The notes under the pieces are model-generated. The model saw nothing but the letters and a program-made list of their open reading frames with translations, searched no databases and was not told where the DNA came from. Shown here piece after piece: positions 26,395 to 39,700 of a stretch of 64,000 nt of DNA. A program made the position numbers and the translations under genes. Positions within the stretch are counted from its first letter, which is position 1. Each line of letters begins with the position of its first letter. The stretch is from Vicugna vicugna (taxonomy: Eukaryota): NCBI GenBank assembly GCA_013265495.1, contig MU058584.1, positions 248,001-312,000 of the forward strand, in the 5' to 3' direction.

Positions 26395-26630
26395 GGCAGA
26401 GATTTCTTAGAGAAGACACAAAGAGGTCTAACTACAAAAGAAATAACTGATAAATTGGATTTTATCTGCTTGTCAAAACACCATTAAGGAACTGAAACTG
26501 CAAGCCATGGGCAGGGAGAAAATATTTGCAATAAATATGCCTGACAAAAAAAGTTGTTCCAGAATAAAAACCCCACAAATCAATAATTTAAAAAGACAAC
26601 AAACAGTTTAAAATGGGCAAAATGATTATG
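26395..26630 (+). mobile_element. Ancient L1 ORF2 3' fragment
   Basis: gataaattggattttatc...gggagaaaatatttgcaa...aaaatgggcaaa. Confidence 0.65.
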
Positions 26631-27361
26631 GCAGTGACTGGGCGAACATAATGTAAGGAGGCAGAGACAGAGCAGGGAGATGAGTCAGGCGGGTGCTGAG
26701 CTGGACCTGATGGGAGGAGCTGGCACTGGCTCTGGCTGAGCACGGAGAGGGGAGGAGGGGGGCTCTTGGAGTGCTGGGAAGGGAAACAAGGGAGAAAAGG
26801 TATGGGCAGGTGTCTGGGAGGGAAACAGGAAGAAGGAGTGTTAGGGAAAGAAGATAAAGATGAGAGGAAAGGGAGCATCTATTTTCTGTGCAAAGGTAAG
26901 AGGGATAGAGATCAAAGGGGTGGTGCTGAGTCTCAGTCAGGAAGCCCAGGGCCCCTGGAGAAGGAATGGGCAGGCGAGAGAAGCCAACTGTGTGTCTCTG
27001 AGGGAGTCATTCCCCTCCACGCCTCAGTGTCCTCATCGGCAAATGGGGAGGACTGGACTGGAGGGCACTGAAGTCCCTTCTGGCTCAGCCATGCTCTGCC
27101 ATGTGATCCTCTGCCAGCCCAGAGAAGGCAAGCAACTTGCCTCAGGCCACTCAGCAAGTTGTAAGGAAAGGCAGCAAGTACTCTGGGTAATTTGTAACTG
27201 CAGGGAATTCTCAGATGACTCAACTGGCTCTGCGGGGCCACAGGAGAAACCAGACCACAGGAGGGGGGTTTGGCTCATGGGAAGTGAACCCCCACAGGGT
27301 CCAAAGGGTGACTCCCTCCCTGTTCTGCCTCTGGGGGGCAGCCCTGCTGACCCCAACTCAC

Positions 27362-27587
27362 TTTGCTCTTCGATGTCGTTCTCCTCTTCAGGGTCCTTGG
27401 CTTTGTAGTAGGTGATGCCCCGAATGACAGTGGGCTTGGAGGCCGGCCGGCCCCTCAGGTGGACCTGCCTCTGCAGGGGCCGCTGTGGCTTCACCACCTC
27501 GGGTGGAGCCAGCGGCCGGGTCTGCAGGAGTTCGATGGAGTTGATTTGCTGGGACACAGTTTCTTCCTGCAGAAACCGCTCCTCATA
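27362..27587 (-). CDS. OLFML2B: OLFML2B coding exon 5 (226 nt; [14 protein letters not shown]...EENDIEEQ)
   Basis: Acceptor GAGGAGCAG|TAT (tandem acceptors, so the start could shift by 3 or 6 nt); donor CAAA|GTGAGT, phase 1. Confidence 0.94.
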
Positions 27588-27709
27588 CTGCTCCTCAGAG
27601 GGAACACAAGGGAAGGTCATCAGGTCACTGGTCAGAGAGGCAGTGGTCAGGTGGAGGCAGTGCTGGAGCCAAGGCCATACTAAGAACAGCAGTTAGTCCT
27701 AAAAGCAGT

Positions 27710-27935
27710 TTCTAAGAGCCAGGCACAGTTCTACGTGCTTTGCATATGGTAACTAATTTAATCTTCTCATCAGCCCTGTGAAGTAGGAACCATTTTTAAT
27801 CATTCCCATTTACAGATTAGGCAACTGAGACACAGAGAGGTTATGTAAATTGCCCAAGGTCCCACAGCAGGTGAATGGTAGAGGCAGGATTTGAACCCAG
27901 GCCATCTGGGTCTCTAAACTCCATGCTAAAGTTCT
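27710..27935. mobile_element. MIR SINE next to the exon 5 acceptor
   Basis: cccattttacagat..gcaactgagacacagagaggttatgtaaattgcccaaggtc..gcaggatttgaacccagg. Confidence 0.85.
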
Positions 27936-28439
27936 CAGAGGGTGCGGTTGTCCTCCCAGCTCTGGCCTGGGGATGCTGGGAGACCCACATCTGGTACTGG
28001 CTGTTTCTAGTGAGGTCCATGTGGCTGGGATAGGAGGACCACGATGCACACCTCAGGATGAAGCATGATTGCTTGGACATCTGCTATTAGAATGAATTGC
28101 CCCAAACCCTCCCGAATGCAGCCAGAATTAAGTCCAAAGTCCTTGGCCTGACATTGGGAACTCAAACTGACTTGACCCAGCTCAGTCAGCATTCTCTCTT
28201 GCTCTACCCTCAGCCCCTATGCCCTCAGTATTCCAGGCACTTTAACTTCCGAACCTCTAGGCTCTCCTGAGATGCTAGGACTTTGTTCAGACTGTTTTCT
28301 GTCTAGAAGGCCATTCTCTTTCCTCCACAAAGCTACTTAATGAAATCTACTTATTTCTCAAGGCCTGGCTAAAAATCTCTGGGCCCCAAGGAAATATTCC
28401 CAGACTTTCTCATTTCCTTCCCAATCTTCACTTTGCACT

Positions 28440-28868
28440 TTGTGGCAGAGACTTCTAAGTGACTACCCAAATCCCCTGTCTGCTTGTTCCTGACTTAATG
28501 AGAAAGTGATTTTGTGGGAGTGGTCATGGGACTAAGTTCTGATCAGTGAGATATAAGTAGAAGTAGGTGGGAAGAGCTTTTGGAAAAGTTCCTTAGAAAA
28601 GGGGGCTGACTCAGCTGGAAGGAATTTTTTGTACTCTTCCTCATTTCTATGGCCAGGAAAATGTGGACAGGATGGCTGAAGCTGAGCAGCCATCTTGTGA
28701 CCATGAGGGGATTTTGAGGATTGACATCAGTAATGACACCTTATAGCTAACTATACCAGCCCTGGACCAACTGCCTTCAGAGATCTTCTGAATGAAAGAA
28801 CAACAAACCCCTCTATTGTTAGCACTATATTCGAGTCTCTTACTCAAAGTTGAACATAACTCCTAGTG
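28440..28868 (+). mobile_element. Old MLT1 (J/K-like) LTR
   Basis: gcagccatcttgtgaccatgag...accagccctgga...aaacccct pattern. Confidence 0.6.
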
Positions 28869-31800
28869 CTTAGAAGTCTGTACTTCTATGATAGCACCTC
28901 TCCCAGCCTGCCTTCCACAGGTATTATTTAAGAATGTTGTCTCTGTAGATTGTGAGCAACTGGAAGAGTAGAGACCACCTCTTGCTCATCTTTGATTCTC
29001 CTGGGTGGAAGCTTCTTAATATTTCTTAAATTGAACCTTTGAATCATAAAATATCCCAAGGAACTGCCTACATTTGTGACTGGCACTAGGATTTTTGTCC
29101 AGTTAAATGAGGCCTTAAAGTAGGTAACCCATGAACTGGCCGTCTTGATGAAACCACAAAAAGGCCTCTGTGATAGTTCTGGTCACACAGAAGGACCACC
29201 CTGTCCTCCAAGCTGCCACCCAGGGGTTGACCTCTTGTGTCCACAGTGTGACAGGGTCTCTTGGTCCTGCCATGGTTCATCTAGTCATGTCCCTCACCCA
29301 GGGTCACAATAAGCCATGTTTGAAAGCAAAGAACCTTGGGTGCAGGGCCTGGGAGGTGGCTGTGCTCAAAATCAGAGCTACCTGACAGGGGTCCAGCCCC
29401 TGAGGGGCAGTGGCCCCCTCAGTGAAGCATGTAGGGACCTAATGGCGTGTGGCTCAGCCCTGCTCTCATGGGGACTCCAATGGCCGAATAACGAAGGGGC
29501 TGCTCCCCATAGTCATCTAAGCCATGAGAGCTCCATTCTTACCAGGAGGAGGTAGGCGGGCCCCTTTAAATCTTTGGTGAAATCCGCCCAGAGAGCAGAG
29601 CTCACTTGGAAACAAAACCTGTGTCCCTAGAGGCCCAGTGCCCTGAGGGGCAGAGCAGGACCTTCGGGCTCACTGAACATTAGCTGGCAGGGATCCAACT
29701 ATCATGGCCAACTTTCTCACTTTGCACGGGAAGCAGCAAATCAGGCTCTTGTTGTGACCTTTAAAATCTGGCCTGGAGAAAAGTCGGAGTCCTCATTCCC
29801 AACCACACCCCAAGCCTGTACTGGTTTTCCCGTGACAAGGGAGTTTATCCAGATAGCACAACAGACATGGCAGTTCCTACGTGTGTGTTCCTCACTCTCC
29901 AGCGCACAGCAGTGACTGGCTCCTGGATGACAGGGGACACTTTTTTTGCCAGCATCCCCTGGCTGAGGCCAGAGAGCTGCCCAGAAGAAACAGCAGATTT
30001 GTGCCCTGGGCAGCCCCTGTCCTGCAGCCTGCCCCGCCTCACTTCCCATTTCTTGCCGGTGACGTGACCTCAGCTAGCGGTGCAGGGAATACCTGGCTGG
30101 AGGTGATGGCATTTTACCAGGTACCTATTATGGTCCGATGTGTCCCCTTATATTATTTTTAAGCCTTAAAACAATGGGACAAGGTAAATATTGTTGTCCA
30201 CATTTTACAGAGGAGGAAAGAGAGGCTCAGAGACAATTAGCAATTTTGTTGACAGCCAATCAATTAAGTGGCTGAGAGGGGGCACTTATTAAGTCATATG
30301 GCCATTAAATAGGCTCAGGGCTGCCTACATTCAAAGCCTGTGCTCTACCTTACATGAAAGCCGCATTGTCCTCAGCTGTGATCACGCGACTAACTCATTT
30401 GCCATCCAAAAACTCATCAACATCCCCAAGTCCTCGGGGCCATGGTCTGGCTCGCACCCAGCAGACATGGGGATCCCTCATTTCCCATAGGAAAGAGCTG
30501 CCCCAGAGGCTGACAAGAGGCCCCAGCCCTTGACTCAGACGCTGTGGGCCATCTAATTGCTGGACCCTGGTTTCCCTCTGCATTGCAAAAGCAAGTTGTC
30601 ATTTCTTCGTGGCAAACCCCAGGAACTGTCTTTAATTCCAGGCTCTCAGGGATGAGCGGGAAGTACAGTTTTCCTTCTCCCAGCCAAGGAGATGGAGCAA
30701 GACCATGGACAGCCTCTGCCAGAGAACATATAATTTCCTTGGATTCACTGGCGACAGGCTGCACTAGGCGTCAGAGATCCCCCAACCCTGCTCCCCCCAA
30801 CACCAACCAAGCTTTGATTTCCTCTCTGTTAAACTGTTGTATGACTTCAACTCCCGGTGTCCTGATGCTCCCAATTCTACCCTGCCCTCTCCACTCCCAC
30901 CCAGCCCCCAGAGCCCCTTGCCAATCCTCCAGGCAAGGACCTTCTTGAAGAGAAACCTCCAACAAAATGCCACTGACCACCTGATGAACGCCGACATCAT
31001 CTTCCATCACCCTTGTTGAAGACCTCCCGTCCTGCCTCTCTAGCCATGTTCTTTAAGGACGTCTTCCTTCATCACTCTTGGGCGCCTTGTGCCCCCCTTG
31101 CTTCCTGGTGCTGTGTGCTAGCTTTGTTCCTGCAGTGCACTCTCCCCTCTCTTGCACGCAGTTCCAGCTCTTAGAACCCTGAAAGTCACAACCAAACCCA
31201 GACACTGCCTTTTCAACACGGGGTTCACTACAGAGACAGATGGATGAAAAGGGAGAGGAAGATCCTAGCCTTTCCCCCTGTCTCACTTCCCCCTTTCCAG
31301 TCCTGCCCTGGCCCTGGATCTGCCCCCACCACTCTGGACGGGGTGGATTGTGCTAACTTCAGCAGTGTGTGCAAGGGGATTTCAGGAGGGAGAAGAGCTT
31401 TGCTGAGCAAGGAGGAAAAGAGTTTGGTGTGTTTGATTTGGTTTGCTGTTTGCCCTCAGGAAATCTGAGCTGGGTTCCTGAACATACCACATAATGTGTC
31501 ATCGAGACAACAGATGGAATTCTCAAGCTCAGCCGACTGGGAAACTGGAAGCCAGAAAGGGCAGGGAGCGTCTGATTCCGCTGGGCAGCTGGGCCGGCAG
31601 GGGATGCCGTATGGGCTGCGATAGTTGCCGCTGCGCCCCAGGTGTGATGAGCGGGTGCCTCCAACTTCCCTTCCAGGCCAAATGTCCTCTGGCTCTTTGG
31701 TTTATGAGCTCAGACCTGCTCAGGGATGTCCCACCAAGCAGACTAAACACAGGCTTAGTAGCTGGCATGTTGGGGACACCCAAAAATGAGAATAAAAATA

Positions 31801-32929
31801 ATTTTTGAAGCAATATGATATTTCTAAATAACCATCAAAGCAGTCATCATGGGCTAAGCCAGAAAATTATTGGCTTTCCTTGTACTTATTTTCAGGTTTG
31901 GAATTGGTTTTATTTTGAGTTACAAGTTGGGCAGGGTGTAGGCACCATACTCCCTTCGGGGCTTCTTGCCTCCAAAGTCCTAATCTGCCCGCTATCCTGC
32001 CTTGGGAACACACATGGGGTTCCTGAAACCCACAGCTGCCACCTACCTGGCACCAGTTTGGTGAGTTTCTCTACCTAAGAGTGCCAAGCCCACATACCTA
32101 GTCTTACTTCCTCTCTTACCCCAATTCTCAATGACCCAGGCAACAGAGGCCTTCGCAGCAATGCTTCCCAGCCCTTTTCACATCACAGCACAAAGAGGAA
32201 CAGCTCACGGGCCCTGACTGTCCCTCTCCCAGGCCCTGCTCCGCCCACACCCTGACTTCCTGCCCCAGGCTGGGGGTCCCTCAGTGGTTCACCTGGAATC
32301 CACACTCCGCCATCTACCACCGACAACCGGCCCAGTAAGAGTAAGCAAGGCCCCCCTTAACTGCTGCTATTCCGTAGTTGCCAGGGACCCCTCTTACAAT
32401 ACTTCATCCAGACCTGCCTTGCAAAAATATCCACAGTCTTCAAGTCCTGCTACCAAAATTTACCCGTTTCCTCTTCCACTTTTGGGGGTTAGCTCCCAAA
32501 TTAATGCCTGCCTCTCAGGCATCAACTTAGGAGATAACCCAACACATTAAATAATAACACATGTAACCATTAGCACATAAACATAACCTAGTAACCAGAG
32601 CCAAAAGAAACAGGTATCAAATGGGGAGGTATTTTTAAGCAAACAGGTCCTTTGGCATCACTTCAAATCACATTAGACAGTGTTTCATTTCATGCACAGG
32701 TGACTTTGTGCTCAGGACACAAGTGAGTGGGAAAAGATAAAGTTTCGAGACGCCCCCAGCCACCACTTCCTGGCTGAGTAAGGGAGACCGTGAGCATCCC
32801 TGGATCTGTTTCTCCGTCTGCAAAGTGAGGATATTGATTTCTACCCCAGGCTGTCTTCCAGAGTGATAGTGAAGAACACATGGTGTAGTGAGGAAAGTAC
32901 ATGGTGTTATCACAAAGTACCTTTTACAT

Positions 32930-33060
32930 AGAAAGGACCATATCGCTTACTGTTTCCAAACTGGGACAGTTTTGAGAGTGAAAGAAGGAGCTATTCATAA
33001 TTATGCCAGGACAGCAGGAGTGAAACAGGATGGACCCAGACAAGCTACCTAACTTATAAA
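32930..33060. mobile_element. MER94-like hAT-Blackjack relic
   Basis: gaccatat...ccaaactgggacagttttgagagtgaaag...ctattcataattatgccaggacagcagg. Confidence 0.6.
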
Positions 33061-33348
33061 TACAAGGGATGCTTGAAAAGGCAGCATGGACTATAATAAA
33101 GAATGAGGACTGGGACTCAAGAAACCCAGATTTGAGTCCTGGCTTCAACATTTACTCACTGACCCTCTCTGGGCTTCAGTGTTAAGTACAATGGGGTCAA
33201 CCCCTGTCCCATCAGACCTATAAAACTGTCGTGTAGATGAAATGAGACCATGCCCATGGAAGGACCAAAGCCTGAAAGCACCATGCACATGTGAGGTGCA
33301 GGTGGCACACTTTCTGTGGTCAGGGTCCCCTGGAGGCTGGGGCTGTAC

Positions 33349-33525
33349 CTCAGGGTGGGTGTAGGCTGCTGCTGCGTCCCTCTGCAGTGCAGCACGGATG
33401 TCCGGCATGCTGTCGAGAACATTATCCGAGCAGTTCTCTTTGCTTTGTTTGTTCATCTCTGTTTGAATTTCTTCCATGTCCTCTTTGATTAGCTCATTTT
33501 CCTTGGTGAGGTTTTTAGAAACTTC
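33349..33525 (-). CDS. OLFML2B: OLFML2B coding exon 4 (177 nt; [21 protein letters not shown]...AAAAYTHPE, coiled coil)
   Basis: Acceptor TTTCTCTCTTCTCAG|GAA; donor GAG|GTACAG; in frame with ORF 33145..33477. Confidence 0.96.
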
Positions 33526-34039
33526 CTGAGAAGAGAGAAAATTTTAAAAAGAGGATTTTTTGAAAGTGCTTGAAAGACAAGCAGGAGGGAGCTGGCAACC
33601 ATGTTCTGCTCAGAACACAGAGACGCCACAGACTGAGAAATCAGCTGGAAGCAATTGGGGACCTAGAGTGTGTCCAGCCCTGTGCTGAGGACTGGTGCTC
33701 GGTCCCAGGCAGCATTTCCAGGGCAGCTTGGCTCTGGAATGTCCACTGCTGGAAATACTTCCCAAGACCACCACAGCTTTCCTAATAATAACACTGCCAC
33801 GTCCCCAGGATACTGGAACACCTGCTATTTTTCCATCCTTTGTACACAATATGCCCTTATCCAGTGATGAGTAACACTACAAAAAAATTCCACTTGCTTG
33901 CACCCCCACACATGTGAACCAGTGGCTCAATTAATGAAAGAAGGATTTTCTAAGCAATTTTAAAAGAGGTGGCCAAAGAAATCTACGTAATCTGCTTTTC
34001 TAATGAGCACAAACTATTCCCCAGCACTTCTTTTACTCT

Positions 34040-34476
34040 TTTCTTATTTAAGTTGAAATATAGTTGATTTATAATATTGTGTTAGTTTTGGGTGTACAGC
34101 ATAGTGAGTCAGTTATGTATATATATTTTTCAGATTATTTACCTAGGTTATTACAAGATACTGAATATCGTTCCTTGTGCTATATAGTAAATCCCTGTTG
34201 CTTATCTACTTTATGTATAGAAGTTTGTTTCTGTTAATCCAACTCCTAATTTATACGCCCCCTTTCCCCTTGGGTAACTGTAAGTTTATTTTCTATGTCT
34301 GTGAGTTGGTTTCTGTTTTGTATATAGATTCCTTTGTATTATTTTTTAGATTCCACATATAAGTGATTTCATGTAATAATTGTCTTTCTCTGTCTGACTT
34401 ATGCCATTTAGTATAATATTCTCTAGATCCATTCAAGTTGCTGTAAATGGCAATGTTTCATTCTTTTTTATGGCTT
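34040..34476 (-). mobile_element. L1 3' end fragment (same family as 5205-8164)
   Basis: Reverse complement of the L1 3' UTR (ttgaaatatagttgatttataatattgtgttagtt...tcattcttttttatggct). Confidence 0.9.
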
Positions 34477-35544
34477 ACCAGCTTTTAAAAGCATCATTTA
34501 CATAGGAAATTGATAGACTGGCTTTAAACTTTCCTATCCACCCACAAAAAGTTTCCCTAAATGACCCCTACTTGGCGAATTAGCCATATTCCAGATGTAG
34601 TTCATACTGAAAAGAACCAAAGCTTCACTTCAGTCAACCAACACCGGTGAGTACCTCCTGTGTCTAGGGTACAGTGTGGCAGCCAGAAAGCCTCTAATTC
34701 CCCTGGGGTCCTTGTCTTGGGATGGGGAGGGGGTGGTAGGAGGACAACTGTAATAAGGGAGAGAGGGTCCTCACTGCAGGAGGAAGGTGACCAACCATGT
34801 CAGCTTCTGTAAGTAACAAATGTGGGTTCAAAGGAGGGAGGGAGTGGACAAGAGGCACCAGGGACAGAGAAGTGAAGCTGAATGGGATTTGAATTATGGA
34901 CAGCTGTCAGCAGACTCAGAGGTCTCCTTTCTCCTCTAAGTTATTTTTAGAGACATTTACTGCACTAAGATTTAACATTCTCCAGCTTTGGCCCCCATTC
35001 TAAGGTTTCCATGAGCATCTGAATTTTTAAATGTGATGTTCTCCTTTGAGCCTTGTTTATGAGGGTGATAGAGCGAAGCAACCATGTCAAAACAGAGGAT
35101 ACATTTGCTTTCCATCTTTCTTTGACAGCCAGACATGGTAAGTGCAAAAGCTCAGATGGTGCCCAGGCACAGTCTGCAGCCTGGTAAGCTGCTGCTAATG
35201 TCCTAGAGGGAAGCCACGATGGCTCAGATCTAGGGAGTGCATAAGGCAGATGGTGACACCCAGACACTGTGGCTCCAGTGGCTCTATATGGGCTGCCCGG
35301 AGGAGCCCACGAGGTGCTTGTTAAAACTAACCAGGCTGCAGACCACTGGTCATGCCACTCTTATGGCATTTCAGAGTATGCCAGTTTTGAGCACTGGAAA
35401 GGCTCAAAGTGTTCTGTGGGGCTTAGGCTAAGCCAGCCTCTCTAGATTGCACAGAATTAACTGTGACAGCTAAAGCCCATGGGACAGAGGTCTTCCTGGG
35501 TGTGCAGTCATTGCTGATAAGTGTACAGGGTCAGTCAAGGGCAG

Positions 35545-35920
35545 TGGTTTAGATCGTGGATTCTGAAGGAGGTGGTCTGGTTCACATCAAAATGCTGCTA
35601 TTGCTAGATCTGTGATCTTAGGCAAATTACTTAAACTCCCTGTGCATCAGTGTGCCCATGTGTGAAATGGGGAGAATACTAGCACTTTCCCTCTGGGTTG
35701 TTACGAAGATTAAATGAGTTAATATGTGTGGAAATGCATGGGACATACTAAGTAGTTGTAATTTTTCCTAGAATGTCATAGCTGGAATGGACCCCAGAAC
35801 TCAAGCCTAACCCTTCATTTCATAAATGAGGAGACTGATGCCCAAGGTAAGGATGTGATCTACCCCAGATCATTTTAAAAAGTTGCAGAACTGAATCCAG
35901 TGCCCAGCCTCCTGACTCTT
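35545..35920. mobile_element. Two adjacent MIR fragments in opposite orientation
   Basis: tgtgatcttaggcaaattacttaaactccctgtg... and ttcattttcataaatgaggagactgatgcccaag cores. Confidence 0.65.
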
Positions 35921-35962
35921 GCTTTTCAGTTCACTTGCTGGATCACTAAGAACACTGGGAGA

Positions 35963-36459
35963 TATTAACAGACAATTGGCTTAAGAAGATCTGGTGTATA
36001 TATACAATGGAATATTACTCAGCCACAAAAAAGAATGAAATACTGCCATTTGCAGCAACATGGATGAACTTAGAGAATATTACACGTAGTAAAGTAAGTC
36101 AGACAGAAAACAACAAATACTATAAGCTATCACTTCTATGTGGAATCTAAAACATAATACAAATGAATCTATATACAAAACAGAAACCGACTCACAGACA
36201 TAGAAAACAAATTTAAGGTTACCCAAGAGCAGAGGGAGGGAGGGGCAAATTAGGAGTATGGGATTAACAGATACAAACTATATGTATAAAATAACATAAG
36301 CAACAAGGAATATAAAGCACAGGGAATTATATTCAATATCTTGTAATAACCTATAATGGAATATAATCAGAAAAAAATTATTGAATCACTATGCTGTACA
36401 CCTGAAACTAACACAATATTGTAAATCAACTATACTTCTATTTAAAAAAGAAGAAAAAA
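35963..36459 (+). mobile_element. 5'-truncated L1 3' end with poly(A) and 15-bp TSD
   Basis: L1 3' UTR; TSD AAGAACACTGGGAGA (35948-35962) / AAGAACACCAGGAGA (36460-36474). Confidence 0.93.
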
Positions 36460-36611
36460 AAGAACACCAGGAGAGGTTCCTGGCACTCAGCTAGCTCTCA
36501 AGCAGCACTGAGCACATCACAGATGCCAATGAATGCATCAGTTTGGTCTCAGGATATACAATAGGATATGCATATACAGAGAAATATAGAAGTGTTGGAC
36601 TCCCATAAATC

Positions 36612-36766
36612 CTTGCTGCTCAAAACGGCCGTCAGCATAGGCATCACTCGGGAGCTTGCTAGAAATGCAGAAGCTCGGGCCTCCCCCAGACCTGCTGAAT
36701 CAGAAGTTGCATTTTATCAAGATCCCCCAGGCAATGTGCATACACATGAAAGTTTGAGAAGCACTG
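36612..36766. mobile_element. MER5-like hAT-Charlie relic
   Basis: gcatcactcgggagcttgctagaaatgcaga..cccagacctgctgaatcagaa..aagtttgagaagcactg. Confidence 0.8.
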
Positions 36767-39700
36767 TCTTAAATGTTGGAAGCTTAGGGTATAGCTGTTG
36801 GAAAGGGGGCCCAAATGTGTGAGAGAGGCTGTTTTACAGGAACCAGGTTCTTTCTGGGGCCTTAGTGGGATTCAAGCATGTCTGTACATCCATGAGCACC
36901 TGCTCAGAGCAGAGCCTGTGCATCGTCCCCTGTAGCTCCCATGTCCTGGACTTATAGTGAAGCCCCAGCGGGTTCAGGGGCTCGATGTATTACTTCCTCA
37001 TGGGTTCGGCTCTGGGCTCTGAGGGTAAACCAGACCTGCAAGGATCCTACTCTGATGGAGACCACCCTCATTGAGGGGAAGTAAGCAATAAACAAGAAAT
37101 AAACAAGAAAGCATCAACTAGTGAAACGTGCCATGTAGAAAACAAGTCAGGGTGATGCGACAGATGCAGGTTCTGACTCATTAGCAAGGTCGATAACATG
37201 TCTGTAAGGTGGGGATTGAGGTACGTCCACATCTACTGTCCAGCTGTGGCCCTAGGACCCCATTTTGGGTGGACCCAATGGCTTGGCCTAAGTAGCCTTT
37301 TACTAAAACAAGATCCCACCCAATTCCTTGACACCTTGGAAGAGTCAGCATTGGCCCTGGCACTCACTATGAGGCGAAAGGGCAATGCCACAGATTTGGC
37401 CCTTGTCCCCTAGATCTTGGGTTTTCTAGGCCCCTGGAAGGCCCCCCTCTCATTGATTTATAAATGTCCAATACTCTTTCTAGTTTTAGTGAGAAGTCAT
37501 TATTCTGGGTTTCCACAGAGGAGGATTTGAAGCAGACCTGGCCCTGAGAACTCAGAGGAGCAATATTCTTTATTCCCCTCAAGGGAACAGCAAAGCCCAC
37601 CAGCCGCCTGAATAAACACCAGGCTGGCAGTGGCATCACCCCATCGGCCTGCCGGGCCAAGCCAGCTGATGTCCCCCAGGGTGGCAGGAGCAGCAACCCC
37701 TCCCTGGCCACCTTTCCCACTCGGCCACCTCCACCCCAGGGGTGCTGGCCTTGCAGGGCTCCCCACTCTTCCCTGGGGCTCTGCCTTCTTCATACCAAGG
37801 GACTTTTGTGGGGGTACATCTCAGGAGGCACTGGGGATGCCACCCACACAGGATACTCTTGATCCTGCCTTGGCTGAAGGGTGAACCCCATGACCTCATG
37901 CCTCTGGCTCTTCCCCTCTGAGACAGTTGCAACCATGACATTTATGGTGTGTGCAACTTGGCTTGTGCACAGAACTGGCAAGGGGGTGGAGGAGGCAGGA
38001 AGGATGCCTATCTAGCAGGGGTGAGCACGCCACGTGGGCCCTGCCAAGGATGCTGATGCTGTGAGGAGGGAAAGGAGGAGGGAAGAAGAGCAGGTAGATA
38101 GAGGGCTGGCACAGAAAGCAGAACACAGCCAGACATGGCAGTTAAAGATCTGGGAATTGTGCGTGGGTCCTTGGGTTAGGCAGAGCCAGGGAACTGAGAG
38201 GGATTCACAGAACAAGTGCCAGGGGCTGGGGGCATGCAGTTGGGCATTGGAGGGTGCCTGCTGAGAGCAAGCCCGCGTTGCCAGATAGGGACGGGTGTCC
38301 TGTGCTGACCACAGCCAGATGCGCAGATGCCCAAGGGGAGGAAGAATGCAAACTAGGCAGGTCCCCGGGCAAAGGGGAACTGGATGTAGGTGGAGTTGAG
38401 GGTAGAGCTGGCAGTCAGCAATGGGTAGCACTGTTGGTCAGAGTACAGCTGTTAATGAGTTGTGGAGGGCCAGCACAACCAGGTCTGCAGACTGGTGCCA
38501 TCGGCATGGGCTGTTCCATGGATACACACTGTGTCCTGACCTTGCCCAGCTGTTGGACAAGTGTGTGCATGCCTGGGTGAGACCATGGGGCAGCTTAAGC
38601 CAAAAGGGCGGACCTGAGGGAAAGATGACCAGCCTGCAACGCTCTTATAAGCTTGTTGTGGTCTTGTTTCCCAGACAAGAAACAGGTGTAGGGGTGCGGT
38701 GGGGAAGGTGCTGGCTCTGCAGATCAGGTATGAAACCCACACCACAGTCACTGTCTGGTTTTACGGAACCACATAAGGCAAGTGACAGGACCTCTCCAGG
38801 CCCCAGGTGGAGGAGGAAGGAATGGCGATACCTCCTTCACCAGGCTTGGTATGGAAAACGAATGAAGGGCTGCATGTGGCACGGTGCCAGGCACAAAACA
38901 GGGCTTGACACATAACCAAAGCTGAAGTGGGACAGACCCTTGGGATCTCAGTAGCAAATACACAGGTGGAAAGGGGAGGGGAGCTCAGATTTGGCGTGGC
39001 TGGGACAGGGAGGAAGGCGAGGACCCAAGGCTAGTGTGTTGTAGAGAGACACACCAGACACCTGTAGGAGGGGACTAAGCAAGACCACAGCTCGGCCAAA
39101 GTATAGCCCCATGTCATGCGGCAGGGGTGTGCCCCAGAATCCAAGAGGCCACCCGACCCCTAGCAGTAGATGGCTGGATGTGCACGGGGCGCAGATGCAG
39201 ATGGCAGGCCTGAGGGCAGAGGGAGCAGGGTTCCCTGTGGAAGGGAAGTGAGATAGCGTAAGGGTAACTGGACCTGGTGGGAGGGCTTGGAGTCCTCATC
39301 CGCTCACCCTGTCCCTCCCCTCTCGGATCCCTCCAGGACAAGGTGAGGACCAGGTGGCCTGGGACAGCCACCCCAGCTGACAGCTGTCTCCAGCCCCTGG
39401 TAAGAGAGCTGGAGGGGGAGAGCAGCTAGAAACAGCTGGTACTCCAGCTGTCGGGACAGGCAGGACGCAGTACAATCCCTCTGACCACAGCTGATGGCAG
39501 GAGGGTGGCCAGCTGATGTGTTCAATCACTCTCCCAGCCGAACAGCTGTGAGCCTCTAGTCCACATCCCATGCTCGGCTAAAGCCTGGCAAACAAAGATG
39601 ACTCCGACCCAGGTTGTCCTCAAGAAGTCCAGAGCCTGGAAGACTGTCGAACAAGTAAAGGGCAAGAAGTCCCAGGCCTCTGATGAAAAACCCCTTAAAT

